A DNA stretch of 12,619 nucleotides from a virus (Duplodnaviria; Heunggongvirae; Uroviricota; Caudoviricetes), in the IMG/VR virus record IMGVR_UViG_2695420600_000009, one strand, 5' to 3'. This document shows positions 5,772 through 12,617 of this stretch, piece after piece. A program made the translations under genes and the position numbers. Within the stretch, counting starts at the first letter, position 1. Each line of letters opens with the position of its first letter. A model generated the notes under the pieces. The model was not told where the DNA came from. It ran no database searches and saw only the letters and a program-made list of their open reading frames with translations.

Positions 5772-6830
5772 TCATCCGTTCTGGCTGACTAAATCCTGTA
5801 CTTCCCGAACCGTCTGCTCAAAACGTTCAGTCTCCAGCTCAACGCCAATTGCACGACGCCCGAGCGCCAGTGCCGCTTTCACTGTCGAACCCAACCCCAT
5901 GAAAAAATCTGCAATCAGGTCACCCGGACGACTGCTAGCGCTGATTATCTGCTGCAGCATTTCTGCCGGTTTTTCGCACGGATGTTTCCCGGGATAGAAC
6001 TGCACCGGTTTATGCGTCCACACATCGGTATACGGCACCTGCACCGTCACGCCAAAATACCGCCGCAGATGTTTATATTCACTCAGCAGCTCCGCATACT
6101 GCCGGTTCAGTGAGGTATACGTATCCACCAGCTGGTGGTGGAGCTTTTCCAGTTCACCACGCCGATGCTTCTCTTCTGCCACCCGGGCAAACAGCGCCTG
6201 TAATTTCAGATAATCGCTTTCATTCGGCAACTGCCACTGACCGGCACTGAACCAGTGCGACACCATGTTTTTCTTTCCTGTGGCATCTGCAATCTGTTTT
6301 GCCGTTATCCCCAGGGCAGCTCGCGCATCACGAAAGTAAGAAATCAGCGGGGCCATCACATGCTGTTTCAGTGCACTGCCCTTCGCCGCATACCCGGCAT
6401 CTTTCGGACGATACGGCCCCTGATAATGTTCCGCGAACAGAATGCGCTCTGTGGCGGGGAAATACGCCCGCAGGCTTTCCTTGTTGCATCCGTTCCAGCG
6501 TCCGGACGGCTTCGCCCAGATAATATGGTTCAGCACACTGAAGCGTTCACGCATCATGATTTCGATATCAGATGCCAGGCGATGACCACAGAACAGGTAA
6601 AGACTTCCGGCAGGTTTCAGCACCCGCCAGAACTGCGCCAGACACTGGTCCAGCCACTTCAGGTAATCATCGTCGCCCTTCCACTGGTTATCCCAGCCCT
6701 CAGGCTTCACTTTAAAGTACGGCGGGTCCGTGACTATCAGGTCAACAGAATTTTCGGGTAACGACCGGATAAATTCCAGGCAGTCGGCGTTGATTAACTC
6801 ACAACTGGATATTTTTACAGTATTAAGCAT
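5772..6830 (-). CDS. DNA methyltransferase, beta-class amino-MTase (N6-adenine or N4-cytosine), orphan (no adjacent endonuclease gene)
   Basis: 352-aa ORF with catalytic motif DPPY near the N-terminus (LIVTDPPYF) and a SAM-binding FxGxG-like motif near the C-terminus (DFFMGLGST). This motif order is typical of beta-class MTases. Sits between Q and the tRNA cluster. Confidence 0.85.
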   Translation of the reverse strand: MLNTVKISSCELINADCLEFIRSLPENSVDLIVTDPPYFKVKPEGWDNQWKGDDDYLKWLDQCLAQFWRVLKPAGSLYLFCGHRLASDIEIMMRERFSVLNHIIWAKPSGRWNGCNKESLRAYFPATERILFAEHYQGPYRPKDAGYAAKGSALKQHVMAPLISYFRDARAALGITAKQIADATGKKNMVSHWFSAGQWQLPNESDYLKLQALFARVAEEKHRRGELEKLHHQLVDTYTSLNRQYAELLSEYKHLRRYFGVTVQVPYTDVWTHKPVQFYPGKHPCEKPAEMLQQIISASSRPGDLIADFFMGLGSTVKAALALGRRAIGVELETERFEQTVREVQDLVSQNG

Positions 6831-6965
6831 GGATCATTAAGCCTGTCTCTGATAGGCTCATTCTGCTTTTGCGCAAAGCAGTGGGCCTGAGGTTTGCTTG
6901 TGAACCCAACGCATGAGCAGATGGCTGGTGGGTGCCCCTAACACCCACCAGCCGCCCATTTACCA

Positions 6966-6994
6966 CAAATAAAAAAGCCTTCACTGCGGAAGGC
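6966..6994 (-). terminator. intrinsic terminator-like hairpin at the 3' end of the small winged-helix gene
   Basis: Minus strand GCCTTC-CGCAGT-GAAGGC followed by TTTTTTATTTG; the stem overlaps the stop codon at 6981..6983. Confidence 0.55.
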
Positions 6995-7178
6995 GTCTGT
7001 AACAACCGAACTGATAGTCTGCCAGACCCGCCATAACCAGCTGGGTCAGTATTAACTGGCAGCGTTCGCGTGAAAGGTAAGTATTCTGCGCTATCTCCCC
7101 GACTGTCGCCGGTTCGGTAACGCTTAATTCATTAAACACCACTCTGGCGGTTTCTGTCATATCCTGCTGTTTTAGCAT
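6981..7178 (-). CDS. small winged-helix-like DNA-binding protein (65 aa), hypothetical
   Basis: Good SD (AAGGA) 7 nt upstream of the ATG at 7178. The segment TVGEIAQNTYLSRERCQLILTQLVMAGL has the helix-turn-helix plus recognition-helix pattern of wHTH regulators. Family assignment is inference. Confidence 0.55.
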   Translation of the reverse strand: MLKQQDMTETARVVFNELSVTEPATVGEIAQNTYLSRERCQLILTQLVMAGLADYQFGCYRRLPQ

Positions 7179-7298
7179 GTCTTTTCCTTTTCCGGTTAAC
7201 GTGACACACCAATAACTCTTGTCGAAAAAGCCAGCAAGCTGAAAGACAGGTATTCACCGCCACCAGCGCGTTTACTGTACTGACGCGATTTCAGTCAT

Positions 7299-7322
7299 AA
7301 AAAACCCGCTCGGCGGCGGGTT
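7299..7322 (-). terminator. intrinsic terminator immediately downstream of Q (candidate tR')
   Basis: Minus strand CCCGC-CGCCGA-GCGGG followed by TTTTTTAT, ~40 nt after the Q stop codon. Duplicated at 4568..4591. Confidence 0.6.
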
Positions 7323-7361
7323 GTAGAAACTCTTCTAACGTCAGGCATAAAACGCCCATCG

Positions 7362-8216
7362 TTATGACGAATTTACCACAGATTCCGGAAAAATCAACCT
7401 AGTTACCTTTTTTAACTGCCGCTCAGCCCATGCTTCTTCAATATCAAACCGGGTCACCAGCGCATCATAGAATTTCTTAACTGTTTTTTCCCATGACGCG
7501 CGTGTTATCTGGTTTGTCACCTCGCATATAGCATTAAATGCCTCCGTTGATGGTAGTCTTTCATAGCCACGACCACCACAACGCTGGCAGTCTCTGATAA
7601 CAGGCATACCACGTTTTACCGACTCTTCACGATGAATGGCGACACCACGCCCACGGCAATCCTTACAGGCGGTGGAAACCTCACCCTTTCCGCCACACTC
7701 CGGACAGGCAACTTTTACCACCTCCCTGACTTTTTTCCATTCTTCCCAGTAAGACGGATACACACCTTTCGTACACTTTGCCCATACCGGCGGCTTACCA
7801 TCCGGATACTGGATCTTGTTTGTAAAAACCTCGCTTTCAATAAATTTTTTTCCGTGACAGCAGGGGCACTGTTTTTTGCTCGCCGCGCTACGGGCATAAT
7901 CTTCAAACGCATACGAAGCCATAATACGCATCACTGCCGGTTTTATTTCTGCCGGGAGTTTTCTTAACGCCGCCACGCGATCACACCGACTGAGTGCATA
8001 TTCTGTCAGCAATTCTGTTGCCCGCTCTCTGTCATTCATACTAATGCCCATTTTCCCAAGGAACGCAGAAACCCCCATCTCAGCCCGATTCTGTGTCATG
8101 CCCTGCGCGGCCATCACATCAGTGATACTCAGCGCATCTTTCGACGTTGAGGCCGATGCATCAGTCAGGCCGGGGGATTTTGGGGAGTAGTATTTCGGTA
8201 AATCTTCCAGTTTCAT
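7362..8216 (-). CDS. Q: Q-family late-gene antiterminator with four CxxCxG(xG) zinc-finger-like motifs
   Basis: 284-aa ORF in the canonical position: downstream of rusA with ATGA start/stop overlap, upstream of terminator, tRNAs and lysis genes. The N-terminal region resembles Qin-type Q (quuQ-like) proteins as I recall them. Cys motifs CPCCHGKK, CPECGGKG, CKDCRGRG, CQRCGGRG. Confidence 0.7.
   Translation of the reverse strand: MKLEDLPKYYSPKSPGLTDASASTSKDALSITDVMAAQGMTQNRAEMGVSAFLGKMGISMNDRERATELLTEYALSRCDRVAALRKLPAEIKPAVMRIMASYAFEDYARSAASKKQCPCCHGKKFIESEVFTNKIQYPDGKPPVWAKCTKGVYPSYWEEWKKVREVVKVACPECGGKGEVSTACKDCRGRGVAIHREESVKRGMPVIRDCQRCGGRGYERLPSTEAFNAICEVTNQITRASWEKTVKKFYDALVTRFDIEEAWAERQLKKVTRLIFPESVVNSS
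7370..7397 (-). promoter_or_regulatory. candidate late promoter pR' overlapping the last codons of Q
   Basis: Minus strand TTGATT (-35), 16-bp spacer, TAAATT (-10), located just upstream of the terminator at 7299..7322. Hexamer match only; no experimental support. Same motifs in repeat B copy 1 at 4639..4666. Confidence 0.3.
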
Positions 8217-8593
8217 TTTTTGACCTGCTCTTCATGCATTATGGGGTAAATCTTCACCCCCAGACGTCCACCAGATACTGGCTGACCACGAACGATATTG
8301 ATTTCATCAAACTGCTCATCGTCCATTAGCAACCCCGCATGCGTCAGCGCATCCAGCGGCGCTTTCAGAATATTGTCCAGGTCACGGCGGCGCTTATCCG
8401 GTGGTTCTGCAATAATTTTTATTGCCAACCTTCCGGACAGGCTTAATTTCAGCCGCTGCTGGCGAACAATAAGCGCCACTGCCCGGCGATAACGCTCCCC
8501 GGCTTTTGATACAAAATATGTGCTGCCACGACGACGCCAGTAAGTGTTCACCGTCGGCGGGTAAGGTAAAACAAATTCTATGCGCTCGGTCAT
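8213..8593 (-). CDS. rusA: RusA-family Holliday junction resolvase
   Basis: 126-aa ORF with the family signature region PDKRRRDLDNILKAPLDALTHAGLLMDDEQ and N-terminal LPYPPTVNTYWR. Stop overlaps the Q start (ATGA); start abuts the stop of the upstream gene. Confidence 0.85.
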   Translation of the reverse strand: MTERIEFVLPYPPTVNTYWRRRGSTYFVSKAGERYRRAVALIVRQQRLKLSLSGRLAIKIIAEPPDKRRRDLDNILKAPLDALTHAGLLMDDEQFDEINIVRGQPVSGGRLGVKIYPIMHEEQVKK

Positions 8594-9652
8594 TTATGCT
8601 TTCCACTTCAGAACACCCGAATTTCTCGCGTGCATTAAAAAACGAATCAGCAACAACAGCTGACTGCCGTGTTTCTCTTCAAAATCTTTTACTCCGGCAT
8701 GTAGTTCGTTACGGCATTTACGGCATAACGGAATAACAAACAAATCATCAGCCTTTGTTCCCATCCCTCCCAGTCCATGACCAATGATGTGATGCGGATC
8801 ATCTGCCTGATTGCCACACGTCATGCATTTCTGCGTTTTTACCCAGCGCGTGTATACAGGCATCTCTTCCCGTTGTGATTTCTGGCGCTGGAGATACTGA
8901 GCCGGTGACTCCGGATCAACGGCAATGCTGACCACCGTCTTTTCCTGTGGTGGGTTCTGTTGCTGGTGGACGTGAGGCAGTAACGCAATATTTTTTGTGC
9001 GCTGCTTCAGTATGCTGGTGGCTGTCTGCTCTCCCGGTATGATGTCGCTTTCACTGTACACAGAGCGAATTTTTTCCGCACGCAACCCCAGCGAACGACG
9101 TAATACCGCTTCCGGTAGCGCGTCCGCCACCTGATTGCGGACCGCCCACCAGGATAATTCAGCCAGAGATAATTCACGCTCCTGCGTACCGCTTATTGCG
9201 TGACCGATGACGTCAATCATCCATGCTGACAGGTTTTGATGAGCAAGTTGCTCGAGTGATTCGGATGTCTGGTCACGCAGCTGGTTGTCGCAGTGCCAGC
9301 ACAACACCATTGCGCCGGTACCATAACGGTGAATGACGGTTTCGCTGTGATGATAATCGCCGTGTGGCCACTGGCAGGATTTAATATGGCGCAACAGCCA
9401 GTCAGACAATGCACCAGCACCACCAGCAGCACGAATCACCCGTGCGTTACTGAAAAACGGCAGCAATGTTTTGTCTTCCACCAGCGGCTGGCGAGCGGCA
9501 GGAACGACCCCGGACGGCAGATTACGCATGCTTTTTGGTTCCGGCTCCACCAGTATTCTGCCGTTATGGAATGCTGACATTGATTCACGGCCTGGCTTAA
9601 CGATAACCAGACCGAGTTCCGGTACCAGAACAGGTCGAAGTAATACCCGCAC
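8594..9652 (-). CDS. DUF968 / YdfU-like prophage protein with C-terminal HNH-like Cys/His cluster
   Basis: 352-aa ORF. GTG start at 9652 is preceded by GGAGG with 4-nt spacing; an alternative ATG lies at 9580. C-terminal CMTCGNQADDPHHIIGH...CRKCRNELH resembles an HNH/zinc-finger nuclease motif. DUF968 assignment is from gene position and size by analogy with Qin ydfU. Confidence 0.55.
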   Translation of the reverse strand: MRVLLRPVLVPELGLVIVKPGRESMSAFHNGRILVEPEPKSMRNLPSGVVPAARQPLVEDKTLLPFFSNARVIRAAGGAGALSDWLLRHIKSCQWPHGDYHHSETVIHRYGTGAMVLCWHCDNQLRDQTSESLEQLAHQNLSAWMIDVIGHAISGTQERELSLAELSWWAVRNQVADALPEAVLRRSLGLRAEKIRSVYSESDIIPGEQTATSILKQRTKNIALLPHVHQQQNPPQEKTVVSIAVDPESPAQYLQRQKSQREEMPVYTRWVKTQKCMTCGNQADDPHHIIGHGLGGMGTKADDLFVIPLCRKCRNELHAGVKDFEEKHGSQLLLLIRFLMHARNSGVLKWKA

Positions 9653-9653
9653 A

Positions 9654-9932
9654 TTACCTCCAGATCCGTTGCTGGAATGTGCGGGACGGACGCGTTGGCC
9701 GTTCGGAGTAAGGGAGCCTGACGGAGATTATCCAGTGACGGTAGTCGAGGCTAAGGGCTTTTTTAACCTCGCATCCGCGCCTGCGGTAACACTGAATGAG
9801 CCATTCGGCCTGTTCTTCAGTGCATGGGGGATGCTGGTACCAATCAGATTTAAATGCGTGAGAGCGCCGCCCGTGCCTGCTGGCAAAGACGGCTGAATTA
9901 TCAGAATTGTGTAGTCTGGAATTTTGCGCCAT
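9654..9932 (-). CDS. hypothetical prophage protein (92 aa)
   Basis: ATG at 9932 with SD GGAGAAAG. The same RBS-plus-start context is duplicated at 10628. No family recognised. Confidence 0.45.
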   Translation of the reverse strand: MAQNSRLHNSDNSAVFASRHGRRSHAFKSDWYQHPPCTEEQAEWLIQCYRRRGCEVKKALSLDYRHWIISVRLPYSERPTRPSRTFQQRIWR

Positions 9933-9998
9933 CGGCTTTCTCCGGTGGCACAGTGTTACTCAACAGGGGTTCAGCCCTGCGCTGAATTGTAGATGAAT

Positions 9999-10259
9999 TC
10001 ACTCATCTTCAAAAGCAGAAAAACCAGCCTTAATCCCAGCTTCTTTCAGAGACGGCAACGATGTGACAAATTCATTTGCACGCGAAATAAAACCATCCGT
10101 CACAAGCCCATCCACAAAATGAATTAACGCAGCTCCACTCTTCCTTTGTTGAGACTGTAAACATTTAATACGGCAGTGGCTGACAATAGCGCCATTCTCA
10201 ACGCGCACAGTATAGAGGCCATCTTCACTAAAAATTTCACGTAATTCTTCGATTTTCAT
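9999..10259 (-). CDS. hypothetical protein, paralog 1 of a tandemly duplicated gene (86 aa from ATG; track shows a TTG one codon upstream)
   Basis: MKIEELREIFSEDGLYTVRVENGAIVSHCRIKCLQSQQRKSGA is ~85% identical over the first ~75 residues to the ORF at 10667..10954. SD GGAAGGA. Family not recognised. Confidence 0.6.
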   Translation of the reverse strand: MKIEELREIFSEDGLYTVRVENGAIVSHCRIKCLQSQQRKSGAALIHFVDGLVTDGFISRANEFVTSLPSLKEAGIKAGFSAFEDE

Positions 10260-10343
10260 CAACAGAATCCTTCCAGATAAATAGCACTCCCCTGTTCGGG
10301 GTCCATCCCTCTTCTCCCTGCGCGCTACTTAAGTGAGTCGATT

Positions 10344-10374
10344 NNNNNNNNNNNNNNNNNNNNNNNNNNNNNNN
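10344..10374. other. assembly gap (31 N)
   Basis: Run of N in the sequence. It interrupts the gene starting at 10628 and the upstream region of paralog 1. Confidence 1.
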
Positions 10375-10628
10375 CACAGGTAATCAACGAAACCGGACAC
10401 CAGTTTTCGTTCGCGAGGCGTGATCGCCCCACCGACCGGAGTCCAGTAATCGAAACCCAGTTGCAGGAGTTTGAAAAAACGCTTGTGGAATGCGTAGTTA
10501 CACACACGCTTAAAGTCTGCGTGTATCCACTCACCTATTTTGATTTGATGCAGAAAATCGCAACTCTCCGGCGTCGCCGGGAGAAGTAATCCGGAAGAGG
10601 TTTGTTTGACCAGTTGTATATGTGCCAT
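10375..10628 (-). CDS. hypothetical prophage protein, 3' end lost in the gap
   Basis: ATG at 10628 in the same duplicated RBS context as 9932; MAHIQLVKQTSSGLLLPATPESCDFLHQIKIGEWIHADFKRVCNYAFHKRFFKLLQLGFDYWTPVGGAITPRERKLVSGFVDYL, then N. The track ORF 10329..10670 reads through the Ns. Confidence 0.45.
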
Positions 10629-10666
10629 CGGCTTTCTCCGGTGGCACGGTGTTACACAGCAGGAGT

Positions 10667-10954
10667 TCAATCCTGCTCAAGATTGTAGATGAGTTTATTC
10701 TTCAGCAAAAGCAGAAAACCAGCCTTAAAACCAATCTCTTTCAAAACCCGTAATGATGTGACAAATTCGTCCTCACGCAAAATAAAACCGTCCGTCAGAA
10801 GTCCATTACAAAAATAAAATAACACAGCACCGCTCTTCCTTTGTTGAGATTGCAAACATCTAATGCGGCAATGGCTGACAATCGCTCCATTCTCAACGCG
10901 CACAGCATAGAGGCCATTTTCACTAAAAATTTCACGCAATTCTTCGATTTTCAT
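10667..10954 (-). CDS. hypothetical protein, paralog 2 of the tandemly duplicated gene (95 aa)
   Basis: ATG at 10954 with SD GGAAGGA. Upstream on the minus strand is TTGATT-16 bp-TAGAAT, a plausible sigma-70 promoter. The C-terminus diverges from paralog 1 after KAGF. Confidence 0.6.
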   Translation of the reverse strand: MKIEELREIFSENGLYAVRVENGAIVSHCRIRCLQSQQRKSGAVLFYFCNGLLTDGFILREDEFVTSLRVLKEIGFKAGFLLLLKNKLIYNLEQD

Positions 10955-11077
10955 CTTCAGAATCCTTCCAGATAAATAGCTCTCCCCTGTTCGGGGTCCA
11001 TCCCTCTTCTCCCTGCGCGCTACTTAAGTGAGTCGATTCTATCTGCGAAGGTGCGCGAATCAAATTCACCGGAAATA

Positions 11078-11126
11078 AACAACAAAAAACCCGCCGAAAC
11101 GCTGAGAGATCACAGCGATGGGCGGG
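11078..11126 (-). terminator. terminator-like stem-loop after the truncated hok copy
   Basis: Minus strand CCCGCC ... GGCGGG stem enclosing an inner CGCTG/CAGCG stem, followed by TTTTTTGTTGTTTATTT. Confidence 0.45.
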
Positions 11127-11203
11127 TTAAGTGCGGGTGCGTTGAGGATGCCTGACACATCAGAGGTGGGCGGGGATGGGATCAGCTCCCCGCCCGGTCA
11201 CTC

Positions 11204-11303
11204 TTACTTCCTGGATTCGTAGTCTACGAAGACAGCGACCTCCGTCTGGCCGGTTCGGATTCGTACCTCACAGAGGTCTTTCCTCGTTACCAGTGCCGTC
11301 ACT
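11204..11303 (-). pseudogene. truncated hok copy (3' ~33 codons plus 3' UTR), tandem to the intact gene
   Basis: Minus strand reads ...TRKDLCEVRIRTGQTEVAVFVDYESRK stop, homologous to the C-terminal half of the hok ORF at 11421..11576. The copy begins at an N (11304) directly after the intact gene's terminator. The 3' UTR (11127..11203) is homologous to 11353..11420. Confidence 0.7.
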
Positions 11304-11319
11304 NAACTTCAAACGCGTT

Positions 11320-11351
11320 GAAAATAAAAACAAAAACCCGCCGAAGCGGGT
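11320..11351 (-). terminator. intrinsic terminator of the hok transcript
   Basis: Minus strand CCCGC-TTCGG-GCGGG followed by TTTTTGTTTTTATTTTC, ~70-100 nt downstream of the hok stop. Confidence 0.6.
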
Positions 11352-11420
11352 TAAGTGTGGGTGCATTGAGGATGCCTGACCCATCAGAGGTGGCGAGGGA
11401 TTTCTCCCCCGCCTGGTCTC

Positions 11421-11576
11421 TTACTCCTCAGGTTCGTAAGCTGTGAAGACAGCGACCTCCGTCTGGCCGGTTCGAATTCGTACCTCGCAGAGGTCTTTCC
11501 TCGTTACCAGTGCCGTCACTATGACGGTTAAACAGATGACGATCAGGGCGATTAACATCGCCTTTTGCTGCTTCAT
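11421..11576 (-). CDS. hokD: Hok/Gef-family type I toxin (51 aa), HokD/RelF-like
   Basis: MKQQKAMLIALIVICLTVIVTALVTRKDLCEVRIRTGQTEVAVFTAYEPEE matches the HokD (RelF) sequence as I recall it. SD GGAGAAGCAGG upstream. The track ORF (11421..11633) also contains an in-frame upstream ATG with its own SD (mok-like leader). No relBE genes precede it here. Confidence 0.9.
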   Translation of the reverse strand: MKQQKAMLIALIVICLTVIVTALVTRKDLCEVRIRTGQTEVAVFTAYEPEE

Positions 11577-11867
11577 AGCCTGCTTCTCCTTGCCTTTCGG
11601 CACGTAAGAGGCTAACCTAGATTTGCCGTTCATAGATTGAGCCTCAGATTAATGTTAAGCGTCTTGCCGGACGCGTAATGTTAACTGGGGCTTTTCTCTA
11701 TCTGCCTTTTGGTGTTCATGCCTGAGACAGATAGCCTCAAGCACCCGCTGCAATTCTACTTAACTCTCCTTTTCCCGCAAACCGTTTTTATCCCCAGCGG
11801 CAAATCGAATACACCACCAGCGCCACCGCCATCGCAATTCCTACCGTTGTTAATGCTTCAGGCCAGG

Positions 11868-12212
11868 TCATCGTAAAATATCCTCCACGCTTATCAGTCC
11901 GTTCCGCTCCAGATAACTCATCGCCTTATCCGGTAATTTGCAGTCTGGCTTCGCTTTTCTCAGTTGCCAGGTTAACTGCTTTACCAGCATGGTTAACTCA
12001 TCGACCAGACGCTGATATCCCACTGGTTTGTATTCATGCAATTTACCGGCTGGCTCTGCTGCCAGCGATACCAGTGCGATTTCCAGAACAGCAATATCCA
12101 TCTTATATGTGCGGATGATGTCATGGTCGATTGTGCCCGGTATGCACAGTCTCTGTGCTTCAATAGTCTCCTCTGCGTGAGCTATTAACTGCTCTCTGGT
12201 AAAAGTCGTCAT
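11868..12212 (-). CDS. hypothetical protein (114 aa)
   Basis: Start overlaps the stop of the upstream 55-aa gene (ATGA). Shares the motif IAL-x-SL-x-AEP with that gene. Family not recognised. Confidence 0.5.
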   Translation of the reverse strand: MTTFTREQLIAHAEETIEAQRLCIPGTIDHDIIRTYKMDIAVLEIALVSLAAEPAGKLHEYKPVGYQRLVDELTMLVKQLTWQLRKAKPDCKLPDKAMSYLERNGLISVEDILR

Positions 12213-12376
12213 GCCGTAGCCCCTTCTTGATATTTTTCAAACCAGAACACAACCGGCTCTGCTTCCAGCGATGCCAGCGCAATCCGTGCCAGTTCCATTT
12301 GTTCACCACGGGTAAGCCCGTTTTCAAGCGGGTTTTTAATGAACAATTCAATACGTTCTTTGGTAATAGTGGTCAT
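12209..12376 (-). CDS. hypothetical small protein (55 aa), not in the ORF track (<60 aa)
   Basis: Strong SD AAGGAG 7 nt upstream of the ATG at 12376. Translation [55 protein letters not shown]. Stop overlaps the next start. Confidence 0.5.
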   Translation of the reverse strand: MTTITKERIELFIKNPLENGLTRGEQMELARIALASLEAEPVVFWFEKYQEGATA

Positions 12377-12386
12377 GTGTTACTCC

Positions 12387-12617
12387 TTAACCCGCAGTGC
12401 TTTCAACTGATGAGGGGAACAAAATCTTTTCATCAAACCCTGCATTCATATCATGAACAGCAACACACCAATCCATCGACGAACGATTATCAAGAGCCTC
12501 CATGATTTCATCCATGCGGCGTAGGTCATACAGGTAAATGCTTTTATCGCCAATGGTGTAAAAGCCAATTTTTTTCGGTGATGGATGAGGTGTACTGGCA
12601 ATAGCGGACACTACCAT
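12387..12617 (-). CDS. hypothetical protein (76 aa if the ATG at 12617 is the true start; may be partial)
   Basis: ORF begins 2 nt from the right edge of the window, so the real N-terminus cannot be judged. Its stop TAA is embedded in the SD of the next gene (TAAGGAG). Confidence 0.4.
   Translation of the reverse strand: MVVSAIASTPHPSPKKIGFYTIGDKSIYLYDLRRMDEIMEALDNRSSMDWCVAVHDMNAGFDEKILFPSSVESTAG

Noticed and set aside
6255-6761. Plus-strand ORFs of 168 and 74 aa
   Set aside because: Antisense to the methyltransferase gene, which has clear catalytic motifs; no RBS.
6823-7005. Minus-strand 60-aa ORF
   Set aside because: Spans the terminator hairpin and a second 10-bp stem-loop in the wHTH-MTase intergenic region and overlaps both gene ends; more likely structured non-coding sequence.
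7632-7967. ORFs antisense to or out of frame within Q (111 aa plus strand, 65 aa minus strand)
   Set aside because: Embedded in the Q coding frame, which is supported by position and start/stop coupling with rusA.
8298-9896. Assorted 64-141-aa ORFs overlapping rusA and the DUF968 gene
   Set aside because: Shadow frames of the two long minus-strand genes; none has an RBS or recognisable motif.
10325-10670. Track ORFs 10325..10534 and 10329..10670 read as complete proteins
   Set aside because: Both translate through the 31-N gap (X residues), so their ends are artefacts; only the 5' part from ATG 10628 to the gap is interpretable.
11176-11379. Plus-strand 67-aa ORF
   Set aside because: Antisense to the truncated hok unit and the hok terminator, contains an N, and has the Pro/Arg-rich look of a reverse-strand artefact.
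12160-12505. ORFs of 63 aa (minus) and 92 aa (plus)
   Set aside because: Out of frame or antisense relative to the tightly coupled 76/55/114-aa gene set, whose RBSs and start/stop overlaps are clear.
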